DNA of 57,881 nucleotides from Candidatus Uhrbacteria bacterium (GCA_016215325.1 JACRJV010000012.1:1-57881); one strand, 5' to 3'. Shown: positions 43,831 to 53,287, counted from the first letter of the stretch. Notes: generated from the letters alone by a model not told the origin. A program made the numbers and translations.

Positions 43831-43916
43831 GTCGAATACGTTAATTTCATTGTCCTTGCTTTCCGGGGGGAATTTGAGTATAATTGAGAACGATTCTTCG
43901 AACTGACGCTCGAACT

Positions 43917-45707
43917 ATGTTTCGTTCTCACACGTGCGGCGAACTAGGAAAAACTGATGTTGGCAAGCAGGTTACGCTCTCCGGATGGGTGAATACCCGT
44001 CGCGATCATGGAGGGCTTATTTTTATTGACCTTCGGGATCGCTACGGGCTTACTCAAGTTGTCTTTGATTCGGAGAAGTATCCTCCGGCATGGGCAGTCG
44101 CCGAAAAGTTGCGCGATGAGTTCGTGATCCGTATTGAAGGAGTGGTTACTGGGCGGCCTCCCGAAATGGTGAACCCGCACCTCCCAACGGGATCAATTGA
44201 AGTGCGCGTGAGCGGCGTTGAAGTGCTTAATTCCAGCAAAACTCCGCCGTTTGAAGTGAGTTACCTCCCCGCGGAAGGGGATACATCAACTCAGACGGTG
44301 AATGAGGAATTACGGCTTAAGTATCGATTTATTGATCTCCGACGCCGACGAATGTTAGAGAACTTGGAATTCCGATCGCGTCTCACGCTGTTTATACGGC
44401 AATGGATGGTTAAGAATGGGTTTATCGAAGTAGAGACACCGATTCTCACCGTGTCTTCGCCCGAGGGGGCTCGGGATTTTTTAGTGCCGTCGAGGCTCCA
44501 CCCGGGCAAGTTCTATGCGTTGCCGCAAGCGCCGCAGCAGTACAAACAACTCCTCATGGTGGGTGGAATTGATCGGTACTTTCAGATCGCGCCGTGCCTG
44601 CGCGACGAAGACGCGCGCGCGGACCGGAGCCCTGGAGAGTTCTACCAGTTGGATGTGGAGACAAGCTTCATGACGCAGGAAGAATTTTTTACGCTCATGG
44701 AGCCGCTCTTCATCGAACTCACCGAGACTCTCACGAAAAAGAAGATTTTAAGAAAGCCATTCCCGCGTATCCCATTTGCCCAGGCCATGGCCAAATACGG
44801 CACGGATAAACCCGATATCCGATTTGGTTTAGAGATACAGGATGTGACCAGCATGGTGGCAGAGTGCGGATTTTCGGTGTTTAGCGAGGCGGTGAATTCT
44901 GGAGGGGTGGTGCGGGCGATTGTCGCCACCGGCGCCGCGGGGATGAGTCGTTCGCAAATTGATGAACTCACCGAGGTGGCACGGAAGAACAAGGCTAAGG
45001 GCCTAGCCTATATTGTTGTAAAAGAAGATGAGTTGAGTTCTCCCATCATCAAATTTCTCGGTGAAGAATTAGCTCTAGAGCTCGTAAAAGAACTGAACGC
45101 CAAACCTGGGGACACCATTTTTTTTGGCGCTGCGGACAAGGCGATTGTCGCCGCGTCGCTGGGTGCGGTTCGAGCTGAACTTGGGAAACGCTTGGACCTC
45201 ATCGATTCGACGATGATGGCGTATTGCTGGATTGTTGACTTCCCGATGTTTGAATACAACGAACAAGAAAAGAAAGTTGATTTTTGCCATAACCCCTTTT
45301 CTTTGCCGCAAGGTGGGCTTGAGGCACTCAACACCCAGGATCCGCTCACGATTCTCGCGTATCAATATGATATCGTCTGCAATGGCGTGGAGCTCTCCAG
45401 TGGAGCGGTCCGTAATGTGACTCCGGATATCATGTATCGGGCGTTTGAGATCGCCGGGTATACGCGTGAGCAAGTTGATGCAAAATTTGGGCACATGATT
45501 CGGTCGTTTGAGTTTGGGGCGCCGCCGGAATGTGGATTTGCGCCCGGCATTGAGCGCATGGCGATGTTGTTGCGGGACGAGCCGAACATTCGAGAGATTA
45601 CGGCATTCCCCAAAAATGGCAGAGCAGAAGATGTGATGATGGGGGCGCCTTCCGAAGTGGACGCCCAGCAGCTAAAAGAACTCCATATCAAAGTTGCCCA
45701 CGATTAA
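43917..45707 (+). CDS. aspS: Aspartate--tRNA ligase
   Basis: RSHTCGELGKTDVGKQVTLSGWVNTRRDHGGLIFIDLRDRYG, FYALPQAPQQYKQLLM, RDEDARADR and GFAPGIERMAMLL. I placed the start at ATG 43917. Confidence 0.95.
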   Translation: MFRSHTCGELGKTDVGKQVTLSGWVNTRRDHGGLIFIDLRDRYGLTQVVFDSEKYPPAWAVAEKLRDEFVIRIEGVVTGRPPEMVNPHLPTGSIEVRVSGVEVLNSSKTPPFEVSYLPAEGDTSTQTVNEELRLKYRFIDLRRRRMLENLEFRSRLTLFIRQWMVKNGFIEVETPILTVSSPEGARDFLVPSRLHPGKFYALPQAPQQYKQLLMVGGIDRYFQIAPCLRDEDARADRSPGEFYQLDVETSFMTQEEFFTLMEPLFIELTETLTKKKILRKPFPRIPFAQAMAKYGTDKPDIRFGLEIQDVTSMVAECGFSVFSEAVNSGGVVRAIVATGAAGMSRSQIDELTEVARKNKAKGLAYIVVKEDELSSPIIKFLGEELALELVKELNAKPGDTIFFGAADKAIVAASLGAVRAELGKRLDLIDSTMMAYCWIVDFPMFEYNEQEKKVDFCHNPFSLPQGGLEALNTQDPLTILAYQYDIVCNGVELSSGAVRNVTPDIMYRAFEIAGYTREQVDAKFGHMIRSFEFGAPPECGFAPGIERMAMLLRDEPNIREITAFPKNGRAEDVMMGAPSEVDAQQLKELHIKVAHD

Positions 45708-45716
45708 GCAACGCCT

Positions 45717-46025
45717 ATGCGGTTGAGCACTCTGCAAAAGTCCATTCTCCTCCAGTGCTTCGATCAAAAAAGGCTCAAGAAAAAAGCACTGGATGATTGG
45801 TATGCGCATCAGGCGGCGCCATCACGATCAGTGCGATACAAGGATACGCAGAATACCGTCACAAAAACATTGGAAAATTTGATTGACAAGGGGTGTTTGA
45901 CGGGAGTCGGTATCCGGACACAACAAAAGTGGTTTGTTCATGAAGTACGACTGACACCGGACGGCAGGAAGATCGCGAAAAAATTGCGCGGAGTTCAGCA
46001 AGCGCTCCCACTTCAGCCATCGTAA
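45717..46025 (+). CDS. Hypothetical small (winged-helix-like?) protein
   Basis: 102-aa basic ORF. No family recognised. Confidence 0.45.
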   Translation: MRLSTLQKSILLQCFDQKRLKKKALDDWYAHQAAPSRSVRYKDTQNTVTKTLENLIDKGCLTGVGIRTQQKWFVHEVRLTPDGRKIAKKLRGVQQALPLQPS

Positions 46026-46107
46026 TTTCCAATGCCTAATATCTAATTCCCAACAAAATGTCCAATGCCCGTCTCATTGGAAATTAGAAATTGGGAATTT
46101 GAAATTT
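46024..46107. repeat. Heptamer-phased AT-rich dyad block
   Basis: aatttcc aatgcct aatatct aattccc ... cattgg aaattag aaattgg gaatttg aaattta. The arms AATTTCCAATG and CATTGGAAATT are inverted. Confidence 0.7.
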
Positions 46108-46114
46108 ATACTGT

Positions 46115-46609
46115 ATGTCCATTTCCAAAAAGCTTCTCAAGCACCTCGAAGCAGGAAAGGTTCGATACGATGTGGTAGATCACCGGAAGGTCTACACTGC
46201 CTATGATCTCGCAGCGACGCTCAAGAAAAAATTAGACACGATCGCCAAATCCGTTATCATTGTGGTTGATCGCAACCATTGGATCGCGGTGTTGCCGGGA
46301 AACCGCCGCGTGGATTTGAGCAAACTCAAAAAGGTGCTCAAGGCCAAGCAGGTCACCATGGCAAAAGAATCCGTGCAGCAAACCGTAATGAAGATCCGCC
46401 GAGGAGGGATCACGCCATTTGGAGTTCTCTATGGGAATATGCCGGTCGTTGTTGATCGAACGCTTTCGAAGATGAAGAAAATTCTTGTTTCTACGGGCTC
46501 ATTCGAACAGTCACTGCATCTTTCCGCTAAGGCTTTGCTGGACGCCACTCAAGCAAAAGTTGCCGATTTTTCCGTGCGCGCCCCGGTGATAAAAAAGAAG
46601 AGGAATTGA
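46115..46609 (+). CDS. YbaK/EbsC-type aminoacyl-tRNA editing domain protein
   Basis: YDVVDHRKVYTAYDLAATL...KSVIIVVD...VDLSKLKKVL...GGITPFG. Confidence 0.75.
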   Translation: MSISKKLLKHLEAGKVRYDVVDHRKVYTAYDLAATLKKKLDTIAKSVIIVVDRNHWIAVLPGNRRVDLSKLKKVLKAKQVTMAKESVQQTVMKIRRGGITPFGVLYGNMPVVVDRTLSKMKKILVSTGSFEQSLHLSAKALLDATQAKVADFSVRAPVIKKKRN

Positions 46610-46626
46610 GTCTTGACCGTGGGGGT

Positions 46627-47316
46627 ATGCAGCCAATTGCCATTGAGCAGTTCGAAGGTCCGCTCGACTTGCTATTGCAGCTCATCGAACGGGAAAAATT
46701 GCCGATCACCGAAGTGTCGCTCGCACAAATCACAGAGCAATACCACCGCTATGTGTTTGAAGGTTCGCTACCGACAGAAGAGATTGCGGACTATATTGTG
46801 ATTGCGTCCAAATTATTGCTCATGAAATCGAAGGTGTTATTACCGCAACTTGAGCAACCCGAAGAGGAGGGAGAATCGCTGGTGGATCAACTCAAGATTT
46901 ACCAACAATTCCATGAAAAGACGATTGTGTTGCTGCAGCGGTGGAACAATGATCAGCATTCGTATCCCAGGACGAAAGCGCCGGAAGCATGGGTGGTCCA
47001 ATTCCGCCCCCCGCTCGGCTGGTCTGCAATTGATCTCCTCCGCAGTATGGAGCGACTCGTCGCGGCGTTGGTGCCCCCCAAGGTCCTCATTCGCCAATTA
47101 GTTGATCGTGCAGTGACGTTGCAGCAACGAATGACGGATCTCGTAACCCACCTGGCCAGCAGAATCCAAACAAGCTTCCGTTCGTTCCTGGGGGACCGCA
47201 AGAACCGTACAGAGATTATTGTTAGCTTCCTTGCGCTGTTGGAACTGGTCAAGCGACGGTCGGTCCGCATCCAGCAATCAGATTTGTTTTCGGACATGAC
47301 GATTGAAAAATTATGA
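46627..47316 (+). CDS. scpA: Segregation and condensation protein A
   Basis: FEGPLDLLLQLIEREKLPITEVSLAQITEQY. Confidence 0.9.
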   Translation: MQPIAIEQFEGPLDLLLQLIEREKLPITEVSLAQITEQYHRYVFEGSLPTEEIADYIVIASKLLLMKSKVLLPQLEQPEEEGESLVDQLKIYQQFHEKTIVLLQRWNNDQHSYPRTKAPEAWVVQFRPPLGWSAIDLLRSMERLVAALVPPKVLIRQLVDRAVTLQQRMTDLVTHLASRIQTSFRSFLGDRKNRTEIIVSFLALLELVKRRSVRIQQSDLFSDMTIEKL

Positions 47317-47855
47317 GTCAACCCCAAGAGCTCCAGGCCGCGTTGGAAGCAATCCTCTTTGTTTCGATTAAGCCATTATCGATGAGCACGATCGCGCAGT
47401 TATTGCATTGTGATTCGTCGCAAGCGCAAGAAGCGGTCGAAGCGCTTGATCAGTGGTATAGAGGGCAGAACAGAGGGTTGCAGGTTCTGCGGCAGGGCAA
47501 TACCATACAATTGATGAGCCATCCGCGGTTTGGTGCTCTTGTTTCGGCACTCTATCGCGAAGAAACAACCGGGGAGTTGACCCGGCCGGCATTAGAGACG
47601 TTGACGATCATTGCCTACCGTGGGCCGATCCGCAAGTCAGAACTTGACCAAATCCGTGGAGTCAATTGTGCGCTTATTTTGCGCAATTTGATGTTGCGTG
47701 GTCTAATCCTAGAGGAAGAAATTGCGAAAGAGCGGATGTATTGCCTGACGATGGAGTGCATTCGCAGCTTGGGCATCTCACGGGTTGAAGAATTGCCGGA
47801 GTATGCCCTGTTGCATAGCAATGAAAAAATAAATGCTGTTGCGGGCGATGTATGA
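47313..47855 (+). CDS. scpB: Segregation and condensation protein B
   Basis: LEAILFVSIKPLS...LTRPALETLTIIAYRGPIRKSELDQIRGV. Confidence 0.9.
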   Translation: MSQPQELQAALEAILFVSIKPLSMSTIAQLLHCDSSQAQEAVEALDQWYRGQNRGLQVLRQGNTIQLMSHPRFGALVSALYREETTGELTRPALETLTIIAYRGPIRKSELDQIRGVNCALILRNLMLRGLILEEEIAKERMYCLTMECIRSLGISRVEELPEYALLHSNEKINAVAGDV

Positions 47856-48856
47856 ATAACAAACGATTGCGACAAATCGTTGGGGTGGCTGTTGGGTTGT
47901 TGTTGATTGCGACACTGACACAACTGCGACCGTTGTTTGTTGATGCCACGATCACCAAAGAGCTGGACGCTCCTCAAGCGCCTCAAACGCCGGTATCAGC
48001 GGCCGGTTCGCCACGCGTGACGCTCGAGAGTGCGCCGGTGGTGTTGCCGATACCACTGCCCGTTTCTATTGAGCGCAACCTTACAGCCCGTCATGCCGTT
48101 GTCATGGATATATCGAGTGGTCGTGTTGTCGGGCAGCGACAGGCGCTCACACCGTACCCTATGGCGAGTCTTACCAAGTTGCTTGCCGCGCTCGTACTGG
48201 TTGATCGGGTGCATGATTGGGAACAGTTGGTAGAAATTACGTCAGGAGATGTGCGGGAAGGAGAGCCGGTGGTACGGGTCGGTGATCGTCTCGAGCTGTA
48301 TGATCTGTTTGCCGTCACCTTGATTCGTTCTTCCAATACCGGCATTGAAGCTATTGCACGCTCCGTGGGCTTGACGCGGGCATCGCTTGTGCAAGCAATG
48401 AACGAAATGGCCCAATTACATGGTTGGACAACTGTCTATATTACCGATCCCACCGGGCTTGCGCCGACGACTGTTGGCAGCGCCGAAGATATATCCCGGA
48501 TATTGGCATTGGCATTGTCTCGGCGTGAGATTGCCTCCGCGCTTGGTGCCGCCCGTTACCAGTGGTGGACGTATTCCGCGGATAATAAACCGTTAAAGCA
48601 ATACACTACCTTTTCGACGAATGAGTTGATTCACCCCACTGCGTCGACCGAAGGATATTCTGTCATCGGTGGGAAGACGGGGTACATCCCGGAATCGGGC
48701 TATAATGTTGCGGTAGAGGCAGTCAGTTCCCAGGGGGCTCGGCGTATGATTGCCGTTGTATTAGGATCTTCAACCTTTGACCGACGTTTTATTGAGGCGG
48801 ATGAACTTCTGCGTTGGGCGTTTACAATGAACCCCGCAGAACAATTTTCTCTATGA
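47852..48856 (+). CDS. D-alanyl-D-alanine carboxypeptidase (S11, PBP5-like)
   Basis: Signal anchor, SxxK (MASLTK), SxN (RSSN) and KTG (GGKTGY). Confidence 0.85.
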   Translation: MNNKRLRQIVGVAVGLLLIATLTQLRPLFVDATITKELDAPQAPQTPVSAAGSPRVTLESAPVVLPIPLPVSIERNLTARHAVVMDISSGRVVGQRQALTPYPMASLTKLLAALVLVDRVHDWEQLVEITSGDVREGEPVVRVGDRLELYDLFAVTLIRSSNTGIEAIARSVGLTRASLVQAMNEMAQLHGWTTVYITDPTGLAPTTVGSAEDISRILALALSRREIASALGAARYQWWTYSADNKPLKQYTTFSTNELIHPTASTEGYSVIGGKTGYIPESGYNVAVEAVSSQGARRMIAVVLGSSTFDRRFIEADELLRWAFTMNPAEQFSL

Positions 48857-49614
48857 TTCTCTCCAATCCGTTAATTATCGCCAATTGGAAAATGGGCGTG
48901 CCCTGCTCTGAAGCAAGGGGCTGGGTTGACCAATTTGAAAAATTAACGACCCCTGCGAGCCGCAAGCACGCCGTCATTCTGCCCAGCTTCCTTTCACTGT
49001 CGATTGTACGCCAAGTCGATCGCGCATTATTTTTGGGATCGCAAGATTGCAGTGCATTCGGGGAACCCGCTCATACCGGATCAATACCGGCAACCGACAT
49101 CAAAGAAATTGGTTGTCAATATGCGCTCATTGGACATTCTGAACGTCGTCGTTGGAATGGCGAAACAGACGAACTCATTCATGCCAAAGTGATCCAAGCC
49201 ACTGCCGCTGGGCTTACCCCCATCCTTTGTATCGGCGAGGATGCACAGCAACGGAAGATCGGTAAAACAAAAGTCGCCCTTCGGTCACAGTTACGACACG
49301 CTTTACAGCCATTGCCAGAGAAATTGACGGCATTGATTGTGGCATATGAGCCAGTTTGGGCAATCGGGGGCAGTGCCGCCGCAAGCCCCACCATCATCAC
49401 AGAAACGCATCGATGGATCCGTCAAATACTCGATCGGCTGCCCATCAAACATTCGTTGATTGTGTATGGCGGGGCGGTTGATGAGATGACGCTCCCCTTG
49501 ATCTGTCAGTTGCCCAATGTCAATGGAGTGTTAGTCGGACGGGCGAGTTGGAAAGCGGAATCATTCTCCCGTCTTGTTTTGGCTGTTCACGATAAGGGCA
49601 GTCGCTTGGTATGA
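48853..49614 (+). CDS. tpiA: Triosephosphate isomerase
   Basis: LIIANWKM, ALIGHSERR and YEPVWAIG. ATGA overlap with the upstream stop. Confidence 0.9.
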   Translation: MILSNPLIIANWKMGVPCSEARGWVDQFEKLTTPASRKHAVILPSFLSLSIVRQVDRALFLGSQDCSAFGEPAHTGSIPATDIKEIGCQYALIGHSERRRWNGETDELIHAKVIQATAAGLTPILCIGEDAQQRKIGKTKVALRSQLRHALQPLPEKLTALIVAYEPVWAIGGSAAASPTIITETHRWIRQILDRLPIKHSLIVYGGAVDEMTLPLICQLPNVNGVLVGRASWKAESFSRLVLAVHDKGSRLV

Positions 49615-50423
49615 GCAATATTGTCATCATCATGGAGATTGTTTTTGTTTTTTCGATCGCTGCGCTGGCGACATTACTTTGGCGCCACCGCGGACATTGG
49701 TTTATCCCATTTGAACAATTGGACCGCCACGAACAAGAATATCATCGGAAGAAAGAATTGGTGGTGCGCAGGGCCGAACGGCAAATGGAAGAATGGTGGT
49801 CAACCATCAAGACTTATGCGCGCCCGATTATCAGCAGCGCCGTGAGTATAACGAAGAGGTGGTATCAGGCATTAATAGAATTGGAACAGCGCTACCGAAA
49901 AAACGTGGAAGCGCTGAAATTAACCGGTCCCCAGAAAGTAGAACGGATTACAACGATGTTGGATGCGGCCGATGCCGAAATGGCAAAGGAAGATTGGGGG
50001 CAGGCCGAGGCGAAATTTATCGAGGTCCTGACGATGCAGAATACCCACTTGCGCGCATACGAAGGGTTAGCCGAAGTGTATTGGAATATGGGTAAATGGA
50101 AAGAAGCGATGGAAACGTACAAATTTGTGGCACGGCTCTTACAGGAGAAAACGCCCATTGGTTATTATCATCGATGGGCGGAAGCGGCAAAAGAATGTGA
50201 GCGGTATTCTCAAGCGATCAAGGCGCTCCAGAAAGCCATCGAGATTGAGCCGAATAACCCCCGCACGCTTGATCTTCTCACAGAGAATGCTATACTGGAT
50301 GGCAATCTTGACCTCGCGAGGGATGCTCTTGAAAAATTGAAAATTGCCAATCCGGAAAATCAAAAAATTGCCGATTTCCAAAAGAGGATCGATGAGACGG
50401 GAGCTCTCGCGTCAACCCTGTAA
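49611..50423 (+). CDS. TPR-repeat protein with N-terminal TM helix
   Basis: IVFVFSIAALATLLW, then TPR-like repeats (AEAKFIEVL..., WKEAMETYKFV..., YSQAIKALQKAIEIEPNN). Confidence 0.7.
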   Translation: MSNIVIIMEIVFVFSIAALATLLWRHRGHWFIPFEQLDRHEQEYHRKKELVVRRAERQMEEWWSTIKTYARPIISSAVSITKRWYQALIELEQRYRKNVEALKLTGPQKVERITTMLDAADAEMAKEDWGQAEAKFIEVLTMQNTHLRAYEGLAEVYWNMGKWKEAMETYKFVARLLQEKTPIGYYHRWAEAAKECERYSQAIKALQKAIEIEPNNPRTLDLLTENAILDGNLDLARDALEKLKIANPENQKIADFQKRIDETGALASTL

Positions 50424-50470
50424 AATGACTGATATTAATTGTTTAGAAGTGCTTCATAGTGATCGAACAT

Positions 50471-50781
50471 GCCGTTGTAGCTCAGCTGGTAGAGCAACTC
50501 CATGGTGGGGACGCAACCCCTGCCCATCCCGATGGTAACATCGGGATGAATCCCGAATAACGGTTAACGGCCGACACACGGTCAAGACCGTGGCCCGACA
50601 TTCGTCAGGGCCCGAACGACTGACAAGGGGACCCAGTAGTGAAATACGGGGTTAATATACAGTCTAGCCCTCTTATAAGTGTTGTCCCTGCCCGCAATGC
50701 TTTCGCATAGCGATGCAGGTGGGTAAAAAGAGGTGTAAGCGAAGGAGTAGGTCCGCGGTTCAATTCCGCGCAACGGCTCCA
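50471..50781 (+). tRNA. tRNA-Thr (GGT) interrupted by a 235-nt intron in the anticodon loop
   Basis: The exons at 50471-50506 and 50742-50781 join to GCCGTTG-TA-GCTCAGCTGGTAGAGC-A-ACTCC-ATGGTAA-GGAGT-AGGTC-CGCGGTTCAATTCCGCG-CAACGGC-T-CCA, a 76-nt cloverleaf with G1-C72 and C2-G71. This is the only splice choice that gives a 7-nt loop with the 5' exon ending in U and the intron ending in G. Confidence 0.8.
50507..50741 (+). ncRNA. Group-I-like intron (no ORF)
   Basis: Inserted after anticodon position 36, as in known bacterial tRNA group I introns. It has a 10-bp hairpin with a GTAA tetraloop (50525-50548). GACTG (50618-50622) and CAGTC (50660-50664) form a P7-like pair, the latter inside an S-element-like AATATACAGTCTAGCC. 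The terminal nucleotide is G. Confidence 0.6.
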
Positions 50782-50793
50782 GATAATTTGATT

Positions 50794-50880
50794 GGGCGGG
50801 TACCGAAGTGGTCAAACGGGGCACGCTGTAGACGTGCTGGCCTTGCGCCTTCGGGGGTTCGAATCCCTCCCTGCCCACCA
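50794..50880 (+). tRNA. tRNA-Tyr (GTA), long variable arm
   Basis: GGGCGGG...GCACG-CTGTAGA-CGTGC-long variable arm-GGGGGTTCGAATCCCTC-CCTGCCC-A-CCA. Confidence 0.9.
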
Positions 50881-50886
50881 CCCCTT

Positions 50887-51735
50887 ATGATCATCGCGGC
50901 GTTTTGGATACTGCGTATTGGCCTGGCAGCAACGCTCATTTATGCCGGAATCGACATGATGATCCAACCCCAGGTGTGGTTGGGTTTTTTCCCTGCATTT
51001 GCGTTGGCGGCAAGTCCGCTCAAAGAGACTCCCACCGTGATCATGCATGGGATTGCCCATATCGTTCTTGCTGTAGGATTATTGTATCCGAAGACCGTGC
51101 GATGGGCTGCGGTTTTCACAGCCTTGCTGTTGATGGGGGTTCTGATTTTTTCGGGTGATTGGTTTGTCACCTTCCGAGACGTCGGTTTGTTGGCAATTGC
51201 CGTGGCGCTTATTGTCTGGCCGAAATCCGTTGCCGAGCCATCGACGCATAACACGCTGCAAGTGGGCGCCATCTGCCTGCGGCCGACATTTAACTCGTTG
51301 GAAGTGTTGTGTGCGCAGCGGACGAGTGATCAGGTCTATTATCCTTCCCAATGGGATTGCGGGGTGGGACGCGCTCGTATGGACGAAACGCTCGAGCAAG
51401 CGGCGGAACGCAAAATTCGTGAATCCTTTGGAGTCGAATCGCGTGCACTAGCGCCAGTGGCGTCGTTCTCATTTTTTCCCACTGGTCGTAAAGTTACTCA
51501 AGGGGTAAAGTACGTTTGCCTTTTTCAAAAGTATCTTAATGGCAAAGGTGTTGCGCTTGATAAAAAAGAGTTTTCGCAATGGCAATGGCTGCCGATCGAA
51601 CAATTGGATGCCGTTGCCTGGATTCAAGGGCGGGAACGAAGCGCCGCAGACGACGTTCGTTCTGCAATCAGTTATTATAAGGCGATGGGAGAGTTTGATC
51701 GGCGCAACGCCCCCGCTGCTCGGTCGCTCGCGTAA
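50887..51735 (+). CDS. Membrane (DoxX-like) N-domain fused to a Nudix-like hydrolase domain
   Basis: I placed the start at ATG 50887 because the track start 50713 overlaps both tRNAs. Four TM helices are followed by GVGRARMDETLEQAAERKIRESFGV, a partial Nudix box (Gx5Ex7R.U..E.G). Confidence 0.6.
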   Translation: MIIAAFWILRIGLAATLIYAGIDMMIQPQVWLGFFPAFALAASPLKETPTVIMHGIAHIVLAVGLLYPKTVRWAAVFTALLLMGVLIFSGDWFVTFRDVGLLAIAVALIVWPKSVAEPSTHNTLQVGAICLRPTFNSLEVLCAQRTSDQVYYPSQWDCGVGRARMDETLEQAAERKIRESFGVESRALAPVASFSFFPTGRKVTQGVKYVCLFQKYLNGKGVALDKKEFSQWQWLPIEQLDAVAWIQGRERSAADDVRSAISYYKAMGEFDRRNAPAARSLA

Positions 51736-51742
51736 GCATTAA

Positions 51743-51817
51743 GCCGGAGTAGCTCAGTGGTAGAGCAGCGCTTTTGTAAAGCGTTGGTCGGGGGTTCAAA
51801 TCCTCTCTCCGGCTCCA
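51743..51817 (+). tRNA. tRNA-Thr (TGT)
   Basis: GCCGGAG-TA-GCTCAGTGGTAGAGC-A-GCGCT-TTTGTAA-AGCGT-...-CTCCGGC-T-CCA. Confidence 0.88.
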
Positions 51818-51900
51818 GGATCAGCAAAGCGAGATAGGCAAGATAAGCGAGATAAGCCACAGAGCTTAATTTACTTATCTTGCTTACTTCACTTAATTTA
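51818..51900. repeat. Heptamer-phased dyad block (gataagc gagataa ... cttatct tgcttac ttcactt aatttac)
   Basis: Read directly. The arms are GAGATAAGC.. and ..GCTTATCT-like inverted segments. Confidence 0.55.
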
Positions 51901-51906
51901 CTTCGT

Positions 51907-52065
51907 ATGAGCCAAGACAACCTTATCGGGTTCGAATGCATGGACTGCCGCCATGTGAATTATTATTCTAAGAAGAACAAAAAGAAACTGAAGGCGCGGT
52001 TGGAAATGAATAAGTTGTGTACTACCTGCGGTCATCATACCAAGCATAAAGAAACCAAGATCTAA
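51907..52065 (+). CDS. rpmG: 50S ribosomal protein L33
   Basis: MSQDNLIGFECMDCRHVNYYSKKNKKKLKARLEMNKLCTTCGHHTKHKETKI (CxxC...CxxC). Confidence 0.88.
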   Translation: MSQDNLIGFECMDCRHVNYYSKKNKKKLKARLEMNKLCTTCGHHTKHKETKI

Positions 52066-52069
52066 TCCT

Positions 52070-53179
52070 GTGTCACTCCGAGGCCACGAAGAGTTCATGC
52101 GTTTGGCAATGGACCAAGCCCATCGGGGAGAGGGCACCACCAGCCCCTACCCCTCGGTGGGATGCGTTATCGTCAAGGGGGGGCGCGTCGTCGGCAGAGG
52201 CTTTACGCAACCAAAGGGTCGTGAGCACGCAGAAGTCCATGCCCTCAAACGGCTCGGCAACCGAGCAAAAGGGGCAACTCTTTATTCGACTCTTGAGCCG
52301 TGCCATCATAATGACTACACGGATTGCGAACCGTGCTCCCAATGGATTGTGGGTAGTGGGATTCGCACGGTGGTGTGGGGCGCTCGCGACCCCAACCCCA
52401 AGAATGCCGGTGGTTGCACGCGATGGTTATCCGCGCGTCGGGTTCGAGTGATCGGCCGCGTTCTCCAAAAAGAGTGTGAGCAGCTTCATGAGGTTTTTCT
52501 CGTGAGCCTTGCGCGCAAACGACCCTTTGTACTGGTGAGCACCGCGGTGTCGCTGGATGGCAAAATTACTTGGCAGAAGGGGAAGTCTTCTAAAGGGGAG
52601 TTTTCTTCTGGCGCCGCATTCCGGCGCGTCCATGATCTGCGCAGCCGCGTAGATGCGATCGGCGTAGGGATTACAACCATCCAGATTGATAATCCGCGGT
52701 TGACCGCTCGGGTTGGGCACCGATCAACGCCTGCGCGAGTCATTATTGATTCCCATTGCGAGACTCCGGTATCCGCAAAGGTATTCGAAGCAAAGCAGGG
52801 GGCAGTGATCGTGGTGACCACGGCCTATGCGCCACTGATTCGCCGCGAAGAATTGGTTGCAGCGGGCGCGCAAGTGATTGTGGCTGCTGAAACCTCCACA
52901 GGGCAAGTGAATCTTAAAGACGCACTCAAGCGCCTGTATCAGCAGGGGATTACCAGTTTGATGATCGAGGGGGGCGGAGAATTGATTGCGAGCGCCTTGA
53001 AGGCAAGGCTTGTTGATAAAGTGTATTTGTGGTATGCTCCATTGCTCATCGGCGGGCGCGATACCCCGACGCTGGTGGAAGGAGAGCCGTTGGAGCGCTT
53101 GAGCGATGCAACGCGCTTAAAAGATGTGACGAGCGAAAAAATCGGCAATGATATATTAATCGGTGGATACATCCGTTAA
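52070..53179 (+). CDS. ribD: Bifunctional riboflavin biosynthesis protein RibD (deaminase/reductase)
   Basis: HAEVHAL...TLEPCHH...C (CMP/dCMP deaminase zinc motif), then a RibD_C reductase region (VSLDGKIT, MIEGGGEL). Confidence 0.9.
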   Translation: MSLRGHEEFMRLAMDQAHRGEGTTSPYPSVGCVIVKGGRVVGRGFTQPKGREHAEVHALKRLGNRAKGATLYSTLEPCHHNDYTDCEPCSQWIVGSGIRTVVWGARDPNPKNAGGCTRWLSARRVRVIGRVLQKECEQLHEVFLVSLARKRPFVLVSTAVSLDGKITWQKGKSSKGEFSSGAAFRRVHDLRSRVDAIGVGITTIQIDNPRLTARVGHRSTPARVIIDSHCETPVSAKVFEAKQGAVIVVTTAYAPLIRREELVAAGAQVIVAAETSTGQVNLKDALKRLYQQGITSLMIEGGGELIASALKARLVDKVYLWYAPLLIGGRDTPTLVEGEPLERLSDATRLKDVTSEKIGNDILIGGYIR

Positions 53180-53180
53180 G

Positions 53181-53210
53181 ATTTGAAATTTGAGATTTGT
53201 GATTTTATCA
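53181..53210. repeat. Heptamer-phased block (gatttga aatttga gatttgt gatttta)
   Basis: Read directly. It has the same unit family as the repeat inside the recombinase gene. Confidence 0.6.
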
Positions 53211-53213
53211 TGT

Positions 53214-53287
53214 GGGGGTGTAGTTCAATGGTAGAACAGCCGTCTCCAAAACGGCTGACGTGGGTTCGATTCCTACCGCCCCCGCCA
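53214..53287 (+). tRNA. tRNA-Trp (CCA)
   Basis: GGGGGTG-TA-GTTCAATGGTAGAAC-A-GCCGT-CTCCAAA-ACGGC-TGACG-TGGGTTCGATTCCTAC-CGCCCCC-G-CCA. Confidence 0.9.

Noticed and set aside
50713-50886. First 58 codons of track ORF 50713..51735
   Set aside because: They overlap the tRNA-Thr 3' exon and the whole of tRNA-Tyr. The start moves to ATG 50887.
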